Assembly: GCA_018432615.1 (NCBI GenBank)
Contig: JAHDSQ010000031.1
Coordinates: forward strand, 6,009 to 70,008
Direction: 5' to 3'
Length of the DNA: 64,000 nt
From: Clostridia bacterium
GTDB taxonomy: Bacteria > Bacillota > Peptococcia > DRI-13 > SM3-B62
Positions within the stretch are counted from its first letter, which is position 1. Each line of letters starts with the position of its first letter. The notes beneath the pieces were generated by a model. That model saw only the letters and a list, made by a program, of their open reading frames with translations. It had not been told where the DNA came from and made no database searches. Both the position numbers and the translations under genes were made by a program. Positions 1 through 9,424 of the stretch are shown piece by piece.

Positions 1-2
1 TG

Positions 3-1706
3 ACACCTTGGTATATAGGTAATACATCCGTCAGAAGCGCATTTCGTCTACGTGACGGTTTAGTTGCACTTTCTACATCGTATCTTCAAGGTAATATGCG
101 CGGACAGGATGGTGATCGCGCCTTCCGTGACTTGTTAGGTCAGCATGGTATCGTTTCGCTGAAAACAGATGAAACATATAGCGTGGGGCGAAAATGGCGA
201 TCGGCTCTTGGCAAGCTGGGATTTTTATACCCGGAGATCCCACATTCTGCTACAATTCGTCAAGAGGATGTTGGCGCAATGGATACAATTACGCCAAATG
301 GATGGCGGCTGATACGTGCAGATACAGTACCTGCAATGCAGGAATGCTTTTTACGTGCTTTAGCAGCTCAATTTATTGAAATTAAAAACGGTGAAGAACA
401 GCCAACTTGGTTTTCGCCACTTCGACACACTTTAGCTGTATTACTTGAATTAGAACGACAAACCGGTGAAGCCTCGGTTAATTTTATAGAAATGGCTCTT
501 CATATTCAGACAACAACCAGCGCTGATAATGTTGTTACAGTAGCTAAACGCATTATTGAACTAAGGAATGAGCGTAATTTTGCCGAATCAAAACGTCGTT
601 TTGATTCGGCAAAATATGAAGAAGCGGGTACTATATTTGGTCTAAGAGCAGCTACCTTTCGTGATTATGCTGATGCAAATATCAGGTATTTGAAGGCTAC
701 CGGTCTTGTCCAAAACAAAGGACGTGGTATCGCCTTAATACCCGAAAAGCGTCTATTTGCGGAGTTAATGGCGAGGGATACTTCCGCACCAACAAGTGAG
801 CTTGAAAGGTATACCACTCTATGTAATGGTGCGCAACTTCCTACTGATACGCAGGACGCAGCCCTGGATGTGCTTCATGATTTAATTGCGCAATTAAATC
901 AAATGGGAATTCCGTTTGTGCTTGGTGATCGGCCTGTAAATACACCAGCCGATATTGCTATTATTAGGCACGAAATAGAAGATATCATTTTTAAGCAAAA
1001 AGAAGAAATATATGCTAGCGAGCAAGCAGGTCGGTGGGAAGAAATATCAACTTATATTGACCTCATCGCATCACGTAGAGATCGCCGCCGCATAGACGAA
1101 GAAACCGAAATAGTTATCCCTCGTAGTGAGACTCCTGCCTATTTAGAGTGGACGTTATGGCGGGCCTTCTTGGCTATCGATAGCTTAGAAAACAAGCCGT
1201 ATGAAGCCAGACGGTTCAAAGTGGATCAAGACTTCTTACCGGTTGGCACTGCTCCGGGAAATGGTCCCGATTTGATTATGGAATTCCGTGATTTTGTTAT
1301 TGTTATTGAAGTTACGTTGACTGAGAGTTCAAGACAAGAGGCTGCTGAGGGTGAACCTGTCCGTCGGCATGTAGCTGATTTAATGAACCAATATGCTGAG
1401 GCAAATGGGAAACCGGTATATGGCTTGTTTATAGCTAATAATATAGACTCAAACACTGCAGAAACATTTAGAATCGGCGTTTGGTATACACGAAATGATG
1501 AGAGGATGTACTTACATATTGTTCCCTTAACTATTTCTCAATTTAATTCATTTTTTAGGGCTTTGTTTACCACAAACAATGTCACACCAGAAGCAGTGAT
1601 AAATCTAATGAACGATTGTGAGCAATACCGAGCAGACTGTGAGGCTCCTGAATGGAAAGACATGATCAGTCAGGCTGTTGAAAGAACAGTTAATGAATTG
1701 TATTAG
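3..1706 (+). CDS. AlwI-family-like type II restriction endonuclease (5' end probably beyond the window edge)
   Basis: The ORF track gives 96..1706 (536 aa), but the same frame is stop-free from nt 3 (TPWYIGNTSVRSAFRLRDGLVAL...), so the ATG at 96 may be internal. Blocks I associate from memory with Pfam RE_AlwI: GRKWRSALGKLGF near the N-terminus and APGNGPDLIMEF..VIEVTLTESSRQEAAEGEPVRRH near the C-terminus. No search was run. Confidence 0.5.
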   Translation, partial: TPWYIGNTSVRSAFRLRDGLVALSTSYLQGNMRGQDGDRAFRDLLGQHGIVSLKTDETYSVGRKWRSALGKLGFLYPEIPHSATIRQEDVGAMDTITPNGWRLIRADTVPAMQECFLRALAAQFIEIKNGEEQPTWFSPLRHTLAVLLELERQTGEASVNFIEMALHIQTTTSADNVVTVAKRIIELRNERNFAESKRRFDSAKYEEAGTIFGLRAATFRDYADANIRYLKATGLVQNKGRGIALIPEKRLFAELMARDTSAPTSELERYTTLCNGAQLPTDTQDAALDVLHDLIAQLNQMGIPFVLGDRPVNTPADIAIIRHEIEDIIFKQKEEIYASEQAGRWEEISTYIDLIASRRDRRRIDEETEIVIPRSETPAYLEWTLWRAFLAIDSLENKPYEARRFKVDQDFLPVGTAPGNGPDLIMEFRDFVIVIEVTLTESSRQEAAEGEPVRRHVADLMNQYAEANGKPVYGLFIANNIDSNTAETFRIGVWYTRNDERMYLHIVPLTISQFNSFFRALFTTNNVTPEAVINLMNDCEQYRADCEAPEWKDMISQAVERTVNELY

Positions 1707-1845
1707 GAGATATTATGTATATTGCAAATATCACAATGCGAATTTTAAAGAGGATGTTCCCCTGCGTATTGAGGTTGTAGTCAATATGATGATGTATAGT
1801 GAGGAAAACCGATGGTAAAACAACTAAACAGGGGTAGGTGCAATT

Positions 1846-4752
1846 GTGGATTATGAAGAGTTGTTTCTAAAATATCAAGCAGTATTGAAGGAAAATGAAA
1901 AATTAAAAGATGAGATAGGAAAACTGAAGTCCCAATTGCAGTTCCCAAAACCACTAAGCGGAACGGAGAATATGAGCTTTGAGATAACTAAGCCTGAAAT
2001 AAAAAGGGCAGAAGAAAATATTTTAAACTTAGACAATATGGCAGCTCCTGAAGAAAAAATCAAACTGTTCATGTCACTCTTTAGGGGACGGGAAGATGTT
2101 TATGCAAAAAGATGGGAAAACCGTAAAAAAGGGACTGCAGGGTATTCCCCGGTTTGTTTGAATGAATGGAAACCAGGGTTATGCAATAAACCAAAGGCAA
2201 ATTGCTATGGATGCAAAAACAAGGATTATGCAGCCTTGGATGAAAATGTTGTGGCTGATCATTTAAGGGGACACAATAGCTTTGTTGTGGGAATATATCC
2301 TTTGTGTCTTGATGAAACCTGTTATTTTCTCGCCATAGATTTTGACGGAGAAAATTGGCAAAAGGATATATCTGTGCTCCGTGTTATATGCTCGGAATTC
2401 TCTGTTCCATTAGCTGTTGAACGCTCTCGTTCCGGCCAAGGTGCACACGCTTGGTTTTTCTTTATTGAGCCGATACCGGCAGTACTAGCAAGAAAATTTG
2501 GCAGTGCTTTGCTTACTAATGCTATGACAAAAAGACACGAGATTAAGTTTAAGTCATATGACAGGCTCTTTCCCAATCAGGACACCATGCCTAAGGGTGG
2601 ATTGGGCAACCTTATTGCCCTACCCTTACAAAAAGCTGCCAGAAATAATGGGAATAGTGAGTTTATTGATGAAAACGGCAGATCATATGATGACCAATGG
2701 GCATATTTATCAAGTGTACAAAGAATCTCCAAAAACGAGATTGAGCAGTTTATAACGGTATTATGTCAAGGCAGTGAACTTGGAGATTTAAGAATGAACG
2801 AAGAAGAGGAAAAACCATGGGATACAAAAAAACGTGAATTGAAAAGGAATGATTTCCCGGCAAGTATTGAAATTATCAAGGCTGATATGTTGTATGTTTC
2901 AAAAACCGATATAACACAACAGGCATTAAACTATCTAAAACGATTAGCTGCTTTTAAAAACCCTGAATTCTATCGGGCACAGGCTATGCGCCTTCCTGTT
3001 AGAAAAATACCAAGAATTATTTCTTGTTCTGATGAAACTGATGAGTATTTATGCCTGCCAAGGAGCTGTGAGGCTGATATAATTGAAATATCCAGCGAAA
3101 TAGGAGTTGATGTTAGCTTTACAGATAAAACAAATCATGGCAAAAGAATTAATGTGGAGTTTAACGGAAAACTTAGGGATGATCAGCCTTTGGCAGTTAA
3201 CAGGCTGCTGCAGCATAATAATGGCATATTGTGTGGGACAACAGCGTTTGGGAAAACAGTAGCAGCAATAAAATTGATTGCCGAAAGAAAAGTTAATACG
3301 CTTGTTATTGTTGATAAGGTTAATCTGGTATCACAATGGAAAAAGAGAATCGGTGAATTTCTGACAATAAATGAGAAGCTACCTGATATGGAGACAGTGA
3401 AAAGAAGAGGACGGAAAAAATCAAGAAGTATTATTGGTCAATTAGGAGGAGGAAAGAATGAGTTAAGCGGTATCATTGATATTGCTGTTATGCAATCGCT
3501 AAACAGGATGGGTGAAATAAAGGATTGTGTAAAGGATTACGGATTAGTTATTGTTGATGAATGCCATCATGTTTCTGCTTTTAGTTTCGAAGAAATACTA
3601 AAAAAGGTTAATGCCAGATATGTTTATGGTTTAACAGCAACTCCGACAAGAAAAGACGGGCATCATCCGATTATATATATGCAGTGCGGTCCTATCCGTT
3701 TTAGGGATGATGCAAAAAAACAGGCAGAGAAAAGGCCGTTTGAACATTATATTATACCCAGATTTACATCTTTGAGGATTCCCGTAAATAAAGACGAAAA
3801 AGATGTGATGATTCAAGACTGCTATTCGGAAATCATAGTTAACGAAATGCGAAATCAGCAAATAATTGAAGATGTAATCAAGTGCTATAAAAATGGCAGG
3901 AACTGTCTTGTTTTAACGCAAAGAACTGCGCATGTAAAATTATTGACAAAAGAACTATCCAAGACGATTCCTGATGTTATAACTCTTGTGGGAGGCATGG
4001 GCGTAAAAACAACTAGAGAAACATTGCAGAGAATTTCAGATACCCCCAGTGATAAGCAACTTACATTGGTAGCCACAGGAAAGTATATAGGCGAAGGTTT
4101 TGATGAGCCGAGACTGGATACTTTGTTTCTGGCGATGCCGATTTCCTGGAAAGGTACCTTGCAGCAATATGCCGGCAGACTGCACAGGCTGTTTGAAAAC
4201 AAGGATGAGGTACAGATTTATGATTATGTTGATATAAACGTCAGAATGCTGGAGAGGATGTACCATAAGCGGCTTTCCGGCTATGCGGCTATCGGTTATA
4301 AGGCAAAAGGGGAAAGCATTGCAGCAGAATCAATTGATATTATCTTTAATAAAACCACCTTTTCTCCCGTATACGCTAATGATATATTAAATGCAACAAG
4401 GGAGATTCTGATTGTCAGCCCGTTTGTAACCAGAAAACGCAGTATGCAGTGTTTGCAAAATCTTAAAACTGCTATGCAAAATGGTGTTAATATCATTGTT
4501 GTTACCAGGCCTGCAGCTGATTTCAAAAACAAAGACTTACAAACAGTGCAAAACATCTTGGATTTATTAATTGACTCCGGCGTTAGTGTTGTATTCAAGT
4601 CAAATATACACCAGAAATTCGCTGTTATTGATCAAAAGGTTGTCTGGTACGGGAGTATAAACTTGTTAAGTTACGGAAGTGCGGAGGAAAGTATCATGCG
4701 GCTTGAAAGCGCAAACATTGCAAATGAGCTAATAAAAACCATTAATGATTGA
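1846..4752 (+). CDS. Fusion protein: archaeo-eukaryotic primase (prim-pol, of the type NCBI labels TOTE conflict system) + SF2 DEAD/DEAH helicase + C-terminal PLD/HKD nuclease-like domain
   Basis: AEP part: FRGREDVYAKRW, a Cys cluster (CLNEW..C..C..C), the DxD motif LAIDFDG, SRSGQGAHAWFFF and GNLIALPL. Helicase part: Walker A GTTAFGKTV, DECH box VIVDECHH, motif III GLTATPTR and motif VI QQYAGRLHR. C-terminus: a single HKD motif, HQKFAVIDQKVVWYGSINLL. Confidence 0.8.
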   Translation: MDYEELFLKYQAVLKENEKLKDEIGKLKSQLQFPKPLSGTENMSFEITKPEIKRAEENILNLDNMAAPEEKIKLFMSLFRGREDVYAKRWENRKKGTAGYSPVCLNEWKPGLCNKPKANCYGCKNKDYAALDENVVADHLRGHNSFVVGIYPLCLDETCYFLAIDFDGENWQKDISVLRVICSEFSVPLAVERSRSGQGAHAWFFFIEPIPAVLARKFGSALLTNAMTKRHEIKFKSYDRLFPNQDTMPKGGLGNLIALPLQKAARNNGNSEFIDENGRSYDDQWAYLSSVQRISKNEIEQFITVLCQGSELGDLRMNEEEEKPWDTKKRELKRNDFPASIEIIKADMLYVSKTDITQQALNYLKRLAAFKNPEFYRAQAMRLPVRKIPRIISCSDETDEYLCLPRSCEADIIEISSEIGVDVSFTDKTNHGKRINVEFNGKLRDDQPLAVNRLLQHNNGILCGTTAFGKTVAAIKLIAERKVNTLVIVDKVNLVSQWKKRIGEFLTINEKLPDMETVKRRGRKKSRSIIGQLGGGKNELSGIIDIAVMQSLNRMGEIKDCVKDYGLVIVDECHHVSAFSFEEILKKVNARYVYGLTATPTRKDGHHPIIYMQCGPIRFRDDAKKQAEKRPFEHYIIPRFTSLRIPVNKDEKDVMIQDCYSEIIVNEMRNQQIIEDVIKCYKNGRNCLVLTQRTAHVKLLTKELSKTIPDVITLVGGMGVKTTRETLQRISDTPSDKQLTLVATGKYIGEGFDEPRLDTLFLAMPISWKGTLQQYAGRLHRLFENKDEVQIYDYVDINVRMLERMYHKRLSGYAAIGYKAKGESIAAESIDIIFNKTTFSPVYANDILNATREILIVSPFVTRKRSMQCLQNLKTAMQNGVNIIVVTRPAADFKNKDLQTVQNILDLLIDSGVSVVFKSNIHQKFAVIDQKVVWYGSINLLSYGSAEESIMRLESANIANELIKTIND

Positions 4753-4772
4753 AAGAAGGGGTCGGCAAAGCA

Positions 4773-5534
4773 ATGAATTATAAGGAATTTATGAAAGCAG
4801 TTGATGAAATACTATCTAATATGACTGAAGTGGAAAAAACGGAATGGATACATAATGTGGCTCGAACTACGAAAGAGCATAAGAGATTTACGTTCTTAAA
4901 TTCTTTAAAAGAAGAACCGGTTTATATGCCGCTTATTGCAAAAAATGAAGTAGAGGAATGGTGTAGGAAAATAGAGAATCAGGAAATATATTTTGAAGCC
5001 AGCAGTTATGAAATTTATGGAGCAAGCTATTGGGACACCGACTATGCATATGAGTACGCCGATAGTTTTGAAATAGGGAAGGAGCTTTCCAGAGCATTTC
5101 AGATAGCAGAGGATTTGCTGTTTCAAAAAGAATATCAGCAAGCATCAGTGTTATATGAGTGGCTTTGCAGTTTATCATTCCCAACATTGGACAGCGATAT
5201 AGAGGAATGGGATGAATTGGATTTGGAGAGTTTGGTAGAAGAAAGACTGGTAAGCTTGAATTTAAAGCAGATTGCCTTGAACTTGATGTATGCAAAATAT
5301 CAGGTTGCTGCGGATGAGGAAAGGGTAGCTGCATTATACCGATATTTATCGTGGAATATGTGTAAGAACATAAAAGTAGAAGAAATGTTTACCGTAGGAC
5401 CGGAAGAACTTAAAGGAATAGGCACATTTATGGAGGAGTGGATTTCTTTTCTAAAAAATACAGCTGGCGATCGGGCAGGGGGGGCTATTGTCAGAAGCAT
5501 GTATTTATCAAGGAGATATCAACTGCTTATCTAA
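4773..5534 (+). CDS. Hypothetical protein, N-terminal part of a gene split by a frameshift at a G7 run
   Basis: The ORF track gives 4749..5534. The ATG at 4773 (MNYKEFMKAVDEIL) follows an AAGGGG Shine-Dalgarno-like site. It sits directly downstream of the primase-helicase gene (their ends overlap). No domain recognised. Confidence 0.5.
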   Translation: MNYKEFMKAVDEILSNMTEVEKTEWIHNVARTTKEHKRFTFLNSLKEEPVYMPLIAKNEVEEWCRKIENQEIYFEASSYEIYGASYWDTDYAYEYADSFEIGKELSRAFQIAEDLLFQKEYQQASVLYEWLCSLSFPTLDSDIEEWDELDLESLVEERLVSLNLKQIALNLMYAKYQVAADEERVAALYRYLSWNMCKNIKVEEMFTVGPEELKGIGTFMEEWISFLKNTAGDRAGGAIVRSMYLSRRYQLLI

Positions 5535-6432
5535 AACAGCAAGGGAAGTATGGAGAAAGCATCCGGCTCTGTATAAAGATGCTTGTGAGTATTTGCTAAA
5601 TAAAAAAAGCGCGCTTGAGTGTGAAAAGCTAGGAGTGGAAGCAATACGCACATTGCCTCGAAAGCTTATTATTCGTGGGATAATTGCAAATTTAACTGCA
5701 AAAGCTGCTGCACAACTAAAACATGCTGATATAATGAATGAATGTTATGAAGCCGCTTTTTTTTCCAAATCCACTCTGGAGCATTATTTGCGGTTATTTG
5801 AACTTCCGGACTATCAGAGCGTAGTAAAACGAGGGGCGCAGTATATTAAATCGCTGCCGGAACGTTCTGCATGGGAAGAATATCATGATAATAGACAACT
5901 GAAAGTGAATGAGCTTTCAAAGTCACATAAAAAAGTTATCCTTTTCTTTAGTGGAGACTTTGATAATATTTATGAAGAATGCATAAAAGATGAGGCTGTA
6001 TTAGGTTGGAGTACCCAGTTTAAAGGAGTTGCTGTTCCGCTTTTTATATTATTACTAAATCAAGATAAGAGGATTACAAAAGCCAAACAAGAGCTAATAG
6101 ACGGAATAAGACAAAGAATAGGATTGGCGGAAGACGATAACAAAAGCTTTGTGGACCTGTTTTTAATCTGGAAAGAAAAAACAGCCTTAAGTAAGGAACA
6201 ATATGAAAAATACATTGCATGGTTAAAAAAAGAAGTAGGGGAAAGGACAGAGGCTATTGTAGGAGAAGGTCACCGGAAAAGCTATTATAAGGCAGCCTTA
6301 TTGGTAACGGCATTAGGTGAAACATTGGAGTCAAATGGGCAGCTCTGTGGAAGAAGAGATATGATAGAGCATTATAAAAAAAAGTATCCCAGAAAAAGGG
6401 CGTTTAAAGGAGAATTTGAGAGGTTAAAATGA
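5488..6432 (+). CDS. Hypothetical protein, C-terminal part of the same split gene
   Basis: This ORF overlaps the previous one by 47 nt in another frame. Its frame is open back through the G7 run at 5478..5484, and removing one G joins the two ORFs. Helix-rich sequence with no recognisable motifs. Confidence 0.5.
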   Translation: MSEACIYQGDINCLSKTAREVWRKHPALYKDACEYLLNKKSALECEKLGVEAIRTLPRKLIIRGIIANLTAKAAAQLKHADIMNECYEAAFFSKSTLEHYLRLFELPDYQSVVKRGAQYIKSLPERSAWEEYHDNRQLKVNELSKSHKKVILFFSGDFDNIYEECIKDEAVLGWSTQFKGVAVPLFILLLNQDKRITKAKQELIDGIRQRIGLAEDDNKSFVDLFLIWKEKTALSKEQYEKYIAWLKKEVGERTEAIVGEGHRKSYYKAALLVTALGETLESNGQLCGRRDMIEHYKKKYPRKRAFKGEFERLK

Positions 6433-6620
6433 GAGACTCGGCCAGTTCTTCTTTCGAATTGATGTTTTTGTACCCTCTTTTGCTAAGCGGATGTAATATT
6501 GTAATATAGTTTCTACCATCAAGAATCGATTATGCTATAATATGCAGAAAGGAAAATATATTAAGGCAATAATCAGAGCAGTATCGACAAAAGGGAAGTT
6601 CCCGAATCTTATGGTGATGT

Positions 6621-7343
6621 ATGATGAATAAGTATAAAATCGCGGTCTGTGATGACCGTCCGGAGGAATTGAATAAGATTTGCGATAAGATCGGGCGTAT
6701 ACTCGAGAACATTAATGGGGGTTACACCATTACCAAGTTTATGTCCGGAGAAGGTGTAGCGGATGCTATTGTCAATCAGAAAAAGAAGTTCGATATTGTG
6801 TTTCTTGATATTATAATGGCTAAAGTAAATGGCCTTGTAGCTGCACGAAAAATAAGGGAACAGGATGAGGATGTGAGTATAGTCTTTATCACCGGTTCCC
6901 CGAATTTTGTCTTTGAAGGATATGATGTTCAGGCATTGCACTATATTCTCAAACCCGTTGATGAGAGTAAACTTGCGAAAATATTGCTATACGACTGGAA
7001 GAAAAGAAATGAGAAACACTATATAGACGTAAAACTGAAAAATTCTGTCTGCCGGATAATACTAGATGACATCTGCTACTTGGAATCTAGTGGCAGAAAA
7101 GTAAGGATTATTACGAAAGACGGACAATACGAGACCTATGGATCATTAAGCCGGTTTACTGATATACTTCCTACAAGCCGGTTTATATCGTGTCACAAGA
7201 GTTTTGTGGTCAACCTAGATTATATCTCGGAAATATCCAGGACATCTTTTACCACAATCTACAATCAGGTTATTCCCATCAGTAAGGCTTGCTATTCCGA
7301 GGCAAAAAAAGCTTTTATAAACTTTATAGGAAGCACTACCTGA
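6621..7343 (+). CDS. LytTR-family response regulator (REC + LytTR DNA-binding domain)
   Basis: N-terminal receiver (KIAVCDD..., FLDIIM, ITGS) and a C-terminal LytTR-like block (ICYLESSGRKVRIITKDGQYETYGSLS...FISCHKSFVVNLDYI). Confidence 0.9.
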   Translation: MMNKYKIAVCDDRPEELNKICDKIGRILENINGGYTITKFMSGEGVADAIVNQKKKFDIVFLDIIMAKVNGLVAARKIREQDEDVSIVFITGSPNFVFEGYDVQALHYILKPVDESKLAKILLYDWKKRNEKHYIDVKLKNSVCRIILDDICYLESSGRKVRIITKDGQYETYGSLSRFTDILPTSRFISCHKSFVVNLDYISEISRTSFTTIYNQVIPISKACYSEAKKAFINFIGSTT

Positions 7344-9168
7344 CCTTAATAACCAGTTTTATGATGAAGCGGTTTCTGTCATACTCAATATCCAGCACAC
7401 CGTGGTATTTTTCCACTATCTCTTCGATTATACCCATACCCAGGCCGCGCCTTGTATCACTTTTCGTAGCAGAAGATTTTGTCGAGATGTACCTGCCATC
7501 CTCCATAATAATGTCATTGTTTTTACTGTTCATGCAAGATACATGCATGAACTCGTTTTTTATATTACAGACCAGCTCTATATCTTTGGGTGAATTATCC
7601 TCTATAGCTGCACAGGCCTCTATGGCATTATCGATAATATTGATAAAGAGGCTATAGAAATCACTGTCATTGATTTTGATATTTTCCGGCAGGTCGATGT
7701 CATGTTTAAAGCTAATATTTTTCTGTTCCGCTTCTTTAATCGCGTACCCCATGATATGGTTAAGAAGCTGGTTTTTGCTGAAGACTATTTGTTTTTTCAA
7801 GGGATAACTTGTGCAAATTTGGGATAGATATTCCCTGGCCCGGGGCAGGTCCCCCTGCTCCAGTAAAAGTTCCAGGGCGTTAAAATGGTGATTGATATCG
7901 TGGTTTAATATGCTAGCCTCTTTTATATATTCTTGGATATCTTCAAAATGCTCAAGGGCCAGCCTGTTCTTGACCTCTGAGGCTTGAAAATCTGCCAGCA
8001 GCCGGGCATTCTCCCGGAAATAATCATTAATTCTGCCTACCACCTCAATGGTGATAAACAAGACGAGCCCGAATTTTGAAAATGTTTCTACATCGCTAAA
8101 GTGCATGGGATTTCCCAACTTACTGTTGGCCTTGTCGGCTAAAACCATGAATATGAGGATAAACCCGGCATATTTTAATCTTTGCAGAGCCGTATCATTT
8201 GCATGTATTTCCCTGATAAAAGCGCCAACACTGAGGGCATAATAGAGCGGAACAAGATAGACGAAGATGGCCAGAAGCCTTGTCGGGGGGGCGGGCATAA
8301 AAACCTGCATAAGTGAAAGGGGTAAATAGCCTACAAGATGCAGGATAAGAGCAATAAGAATAGGGACCCTGAATTTGCTGCACGAGGTATAAGTAAACAA
8401 AAGCACTGAGCATGGCAGCAGATAATTTACCATCATCAAGACCAGAGTTGCTTGCATAGGTTCAAACAGTATCAGAGGCAAAAGGGTTTTCCCCGGAAGA
8501 AAAAGGCCAACCAGAATCACAAACACTCCAAACCAGAAATCCGCTGTAACGGCCTGTTCATTATTCCTACGAATAAAATAGATGCAAAATAGGGTTAGGC
8601 CCAAGAGGCAAAGGAAAATTCCCGCGGCGAACAGGGGAATTGATTTTCCCACAGCAAAGGAGATTAAGGATTCCTCATCTCCCATGTATATACTGTTCAG
8701 GCGAAGATTCATGGTAGGTGTCAGTGTAAGGGTAATTTCCTTACCGACATAATCATTTGGCAGAGGAATCAGGACGAGTTTTTTCCCCGGTGAGGAAAAT
8801 GATGTTTTTTCATAGCCGTAACGGTAGATTTCCTCCCCATCAAGCTGGGCAATGACTTGTAGATAATCTGATCTGAACATCAGAGCAGCGTTATTTCCCC
8901 GGTCGGACAGGCTATGACTAAGATAACAGTTTTCATGGAGATAGATGCCTTCCGTACCACTAGGAAGTTTGATGGGTTTTGGTGTTGGGTCATGTTCCGT
9001 ATAATACTGCCACTGTTCTGATATATCCGTGATGTTTTGGGTCAGATAGGGGGAAGAGCATACCTGAATGAAAGCATATATTAACGTTATAAGGAGAAGA
9101 AGTAATAAAACCGGTAAGAGATAGCTGGACGGTTTTATTTTTTTATTTGCTTTTCCGAACAGGTGCAT
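7336..9168 (-). CDS. Membrane sensor histidine kinase, HPK10/AgrC-like GHKL type, with an extracytoplasmic N-terminal domain and multi-TM region
   Basis: Signal/TM segment, a ~150-aa outside domain and about 7 hydrophobic segments. H-box HDINHHFNAL, N-box NIIDNAIEA and G-box RRGLGMGIIEEIVEKYHG. Confidence 0.85.
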   Translation of the reverse strand: MHLFGKANKKIKPSSYLLPVLLLLLLITLIYAFIQVCSSPYLTQNITDISEQWQYYTEHDPTPKPIKLPSGTEGIYLHENCYLSHSLSDRGNNAALMFRSDYLQVIAQLDGEEIYRYGYEKTSFSSPGKKLVLIPLPNDYVGKEITLTLTPTMNLRLNSIYMGDEESLISFAVGKSIPLFAAGIFLCLLGLTLFCIYFIRRNNEQAVTADFWFGVFVILVGLFLPGKTLLPLILFEPMQATLVLMMVNYLLPCSVLLFTYTSCSKFRVPILIALILHLVGYLPLSLMQVFMPAPPTRLLAIFVYLVPLYYALSVGAFIREIHANDTALQRLKYAGFILIFMVLADKANSKLGNPMHFSDVETFSKFGLVLFITIEVVGRINDYFRENARLLADFQASEVKNRLALEHFEDIQEYIKEASILNHDINHHFNALELLLEQGDLPRAREYLSQICTSYPLKKQIVFSKNQLLNHIMGYAIKEAEQKNISFKHDIDLPENIKINDSDFYSLFINIIDNAIEACAAIEDNSPKDIELVCNIKNEFMHVSCMNSKNNDIIMEDGRYISTKSSATKSDTRRGLGMGIIEEIVEKYHGVLDIEYDRNRFIIKLVIKVR

Positions 9169-9424
9169 ATCTATCCGACACCTTTCCTGTATTTTCTACC
9201 TTGTTCTAATAGTAGCAGTACGAAATCATTTACTCAACAGGGGACTCCCCCAAATATTACAAAAAGTAGCCCAATTTTGACAACCGAGTAGGAATCATTA
9301 AGGCTATTCGGTAACATAGAAACAGAGAATCTTTATGCTATTAAATTTTCATGCTATTAAATAAGGCCTTTATTTGTATTGGACTTTTAGCATATTAATA
9401 AAATCGAAGAGGAGGAGTACTTTA

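Noticed and set aside
1735-1800. Short ORF (MYIANITMRILKRMFPCVLRL) between the endonuclease-like gene and the primase-helicase gene
   Set aside because: It is only 21 codons long and has no recognisable feature. It was treated as intergenic sequence.
7289-7657. 122-aa plus-strand ORF overlapping the 3' part of the histidine kinase gene
   Set aside because: It is antisense to the kinase ATPase domain, where the N and G boxes are clear on the minus strand, and it has no motif of its own.
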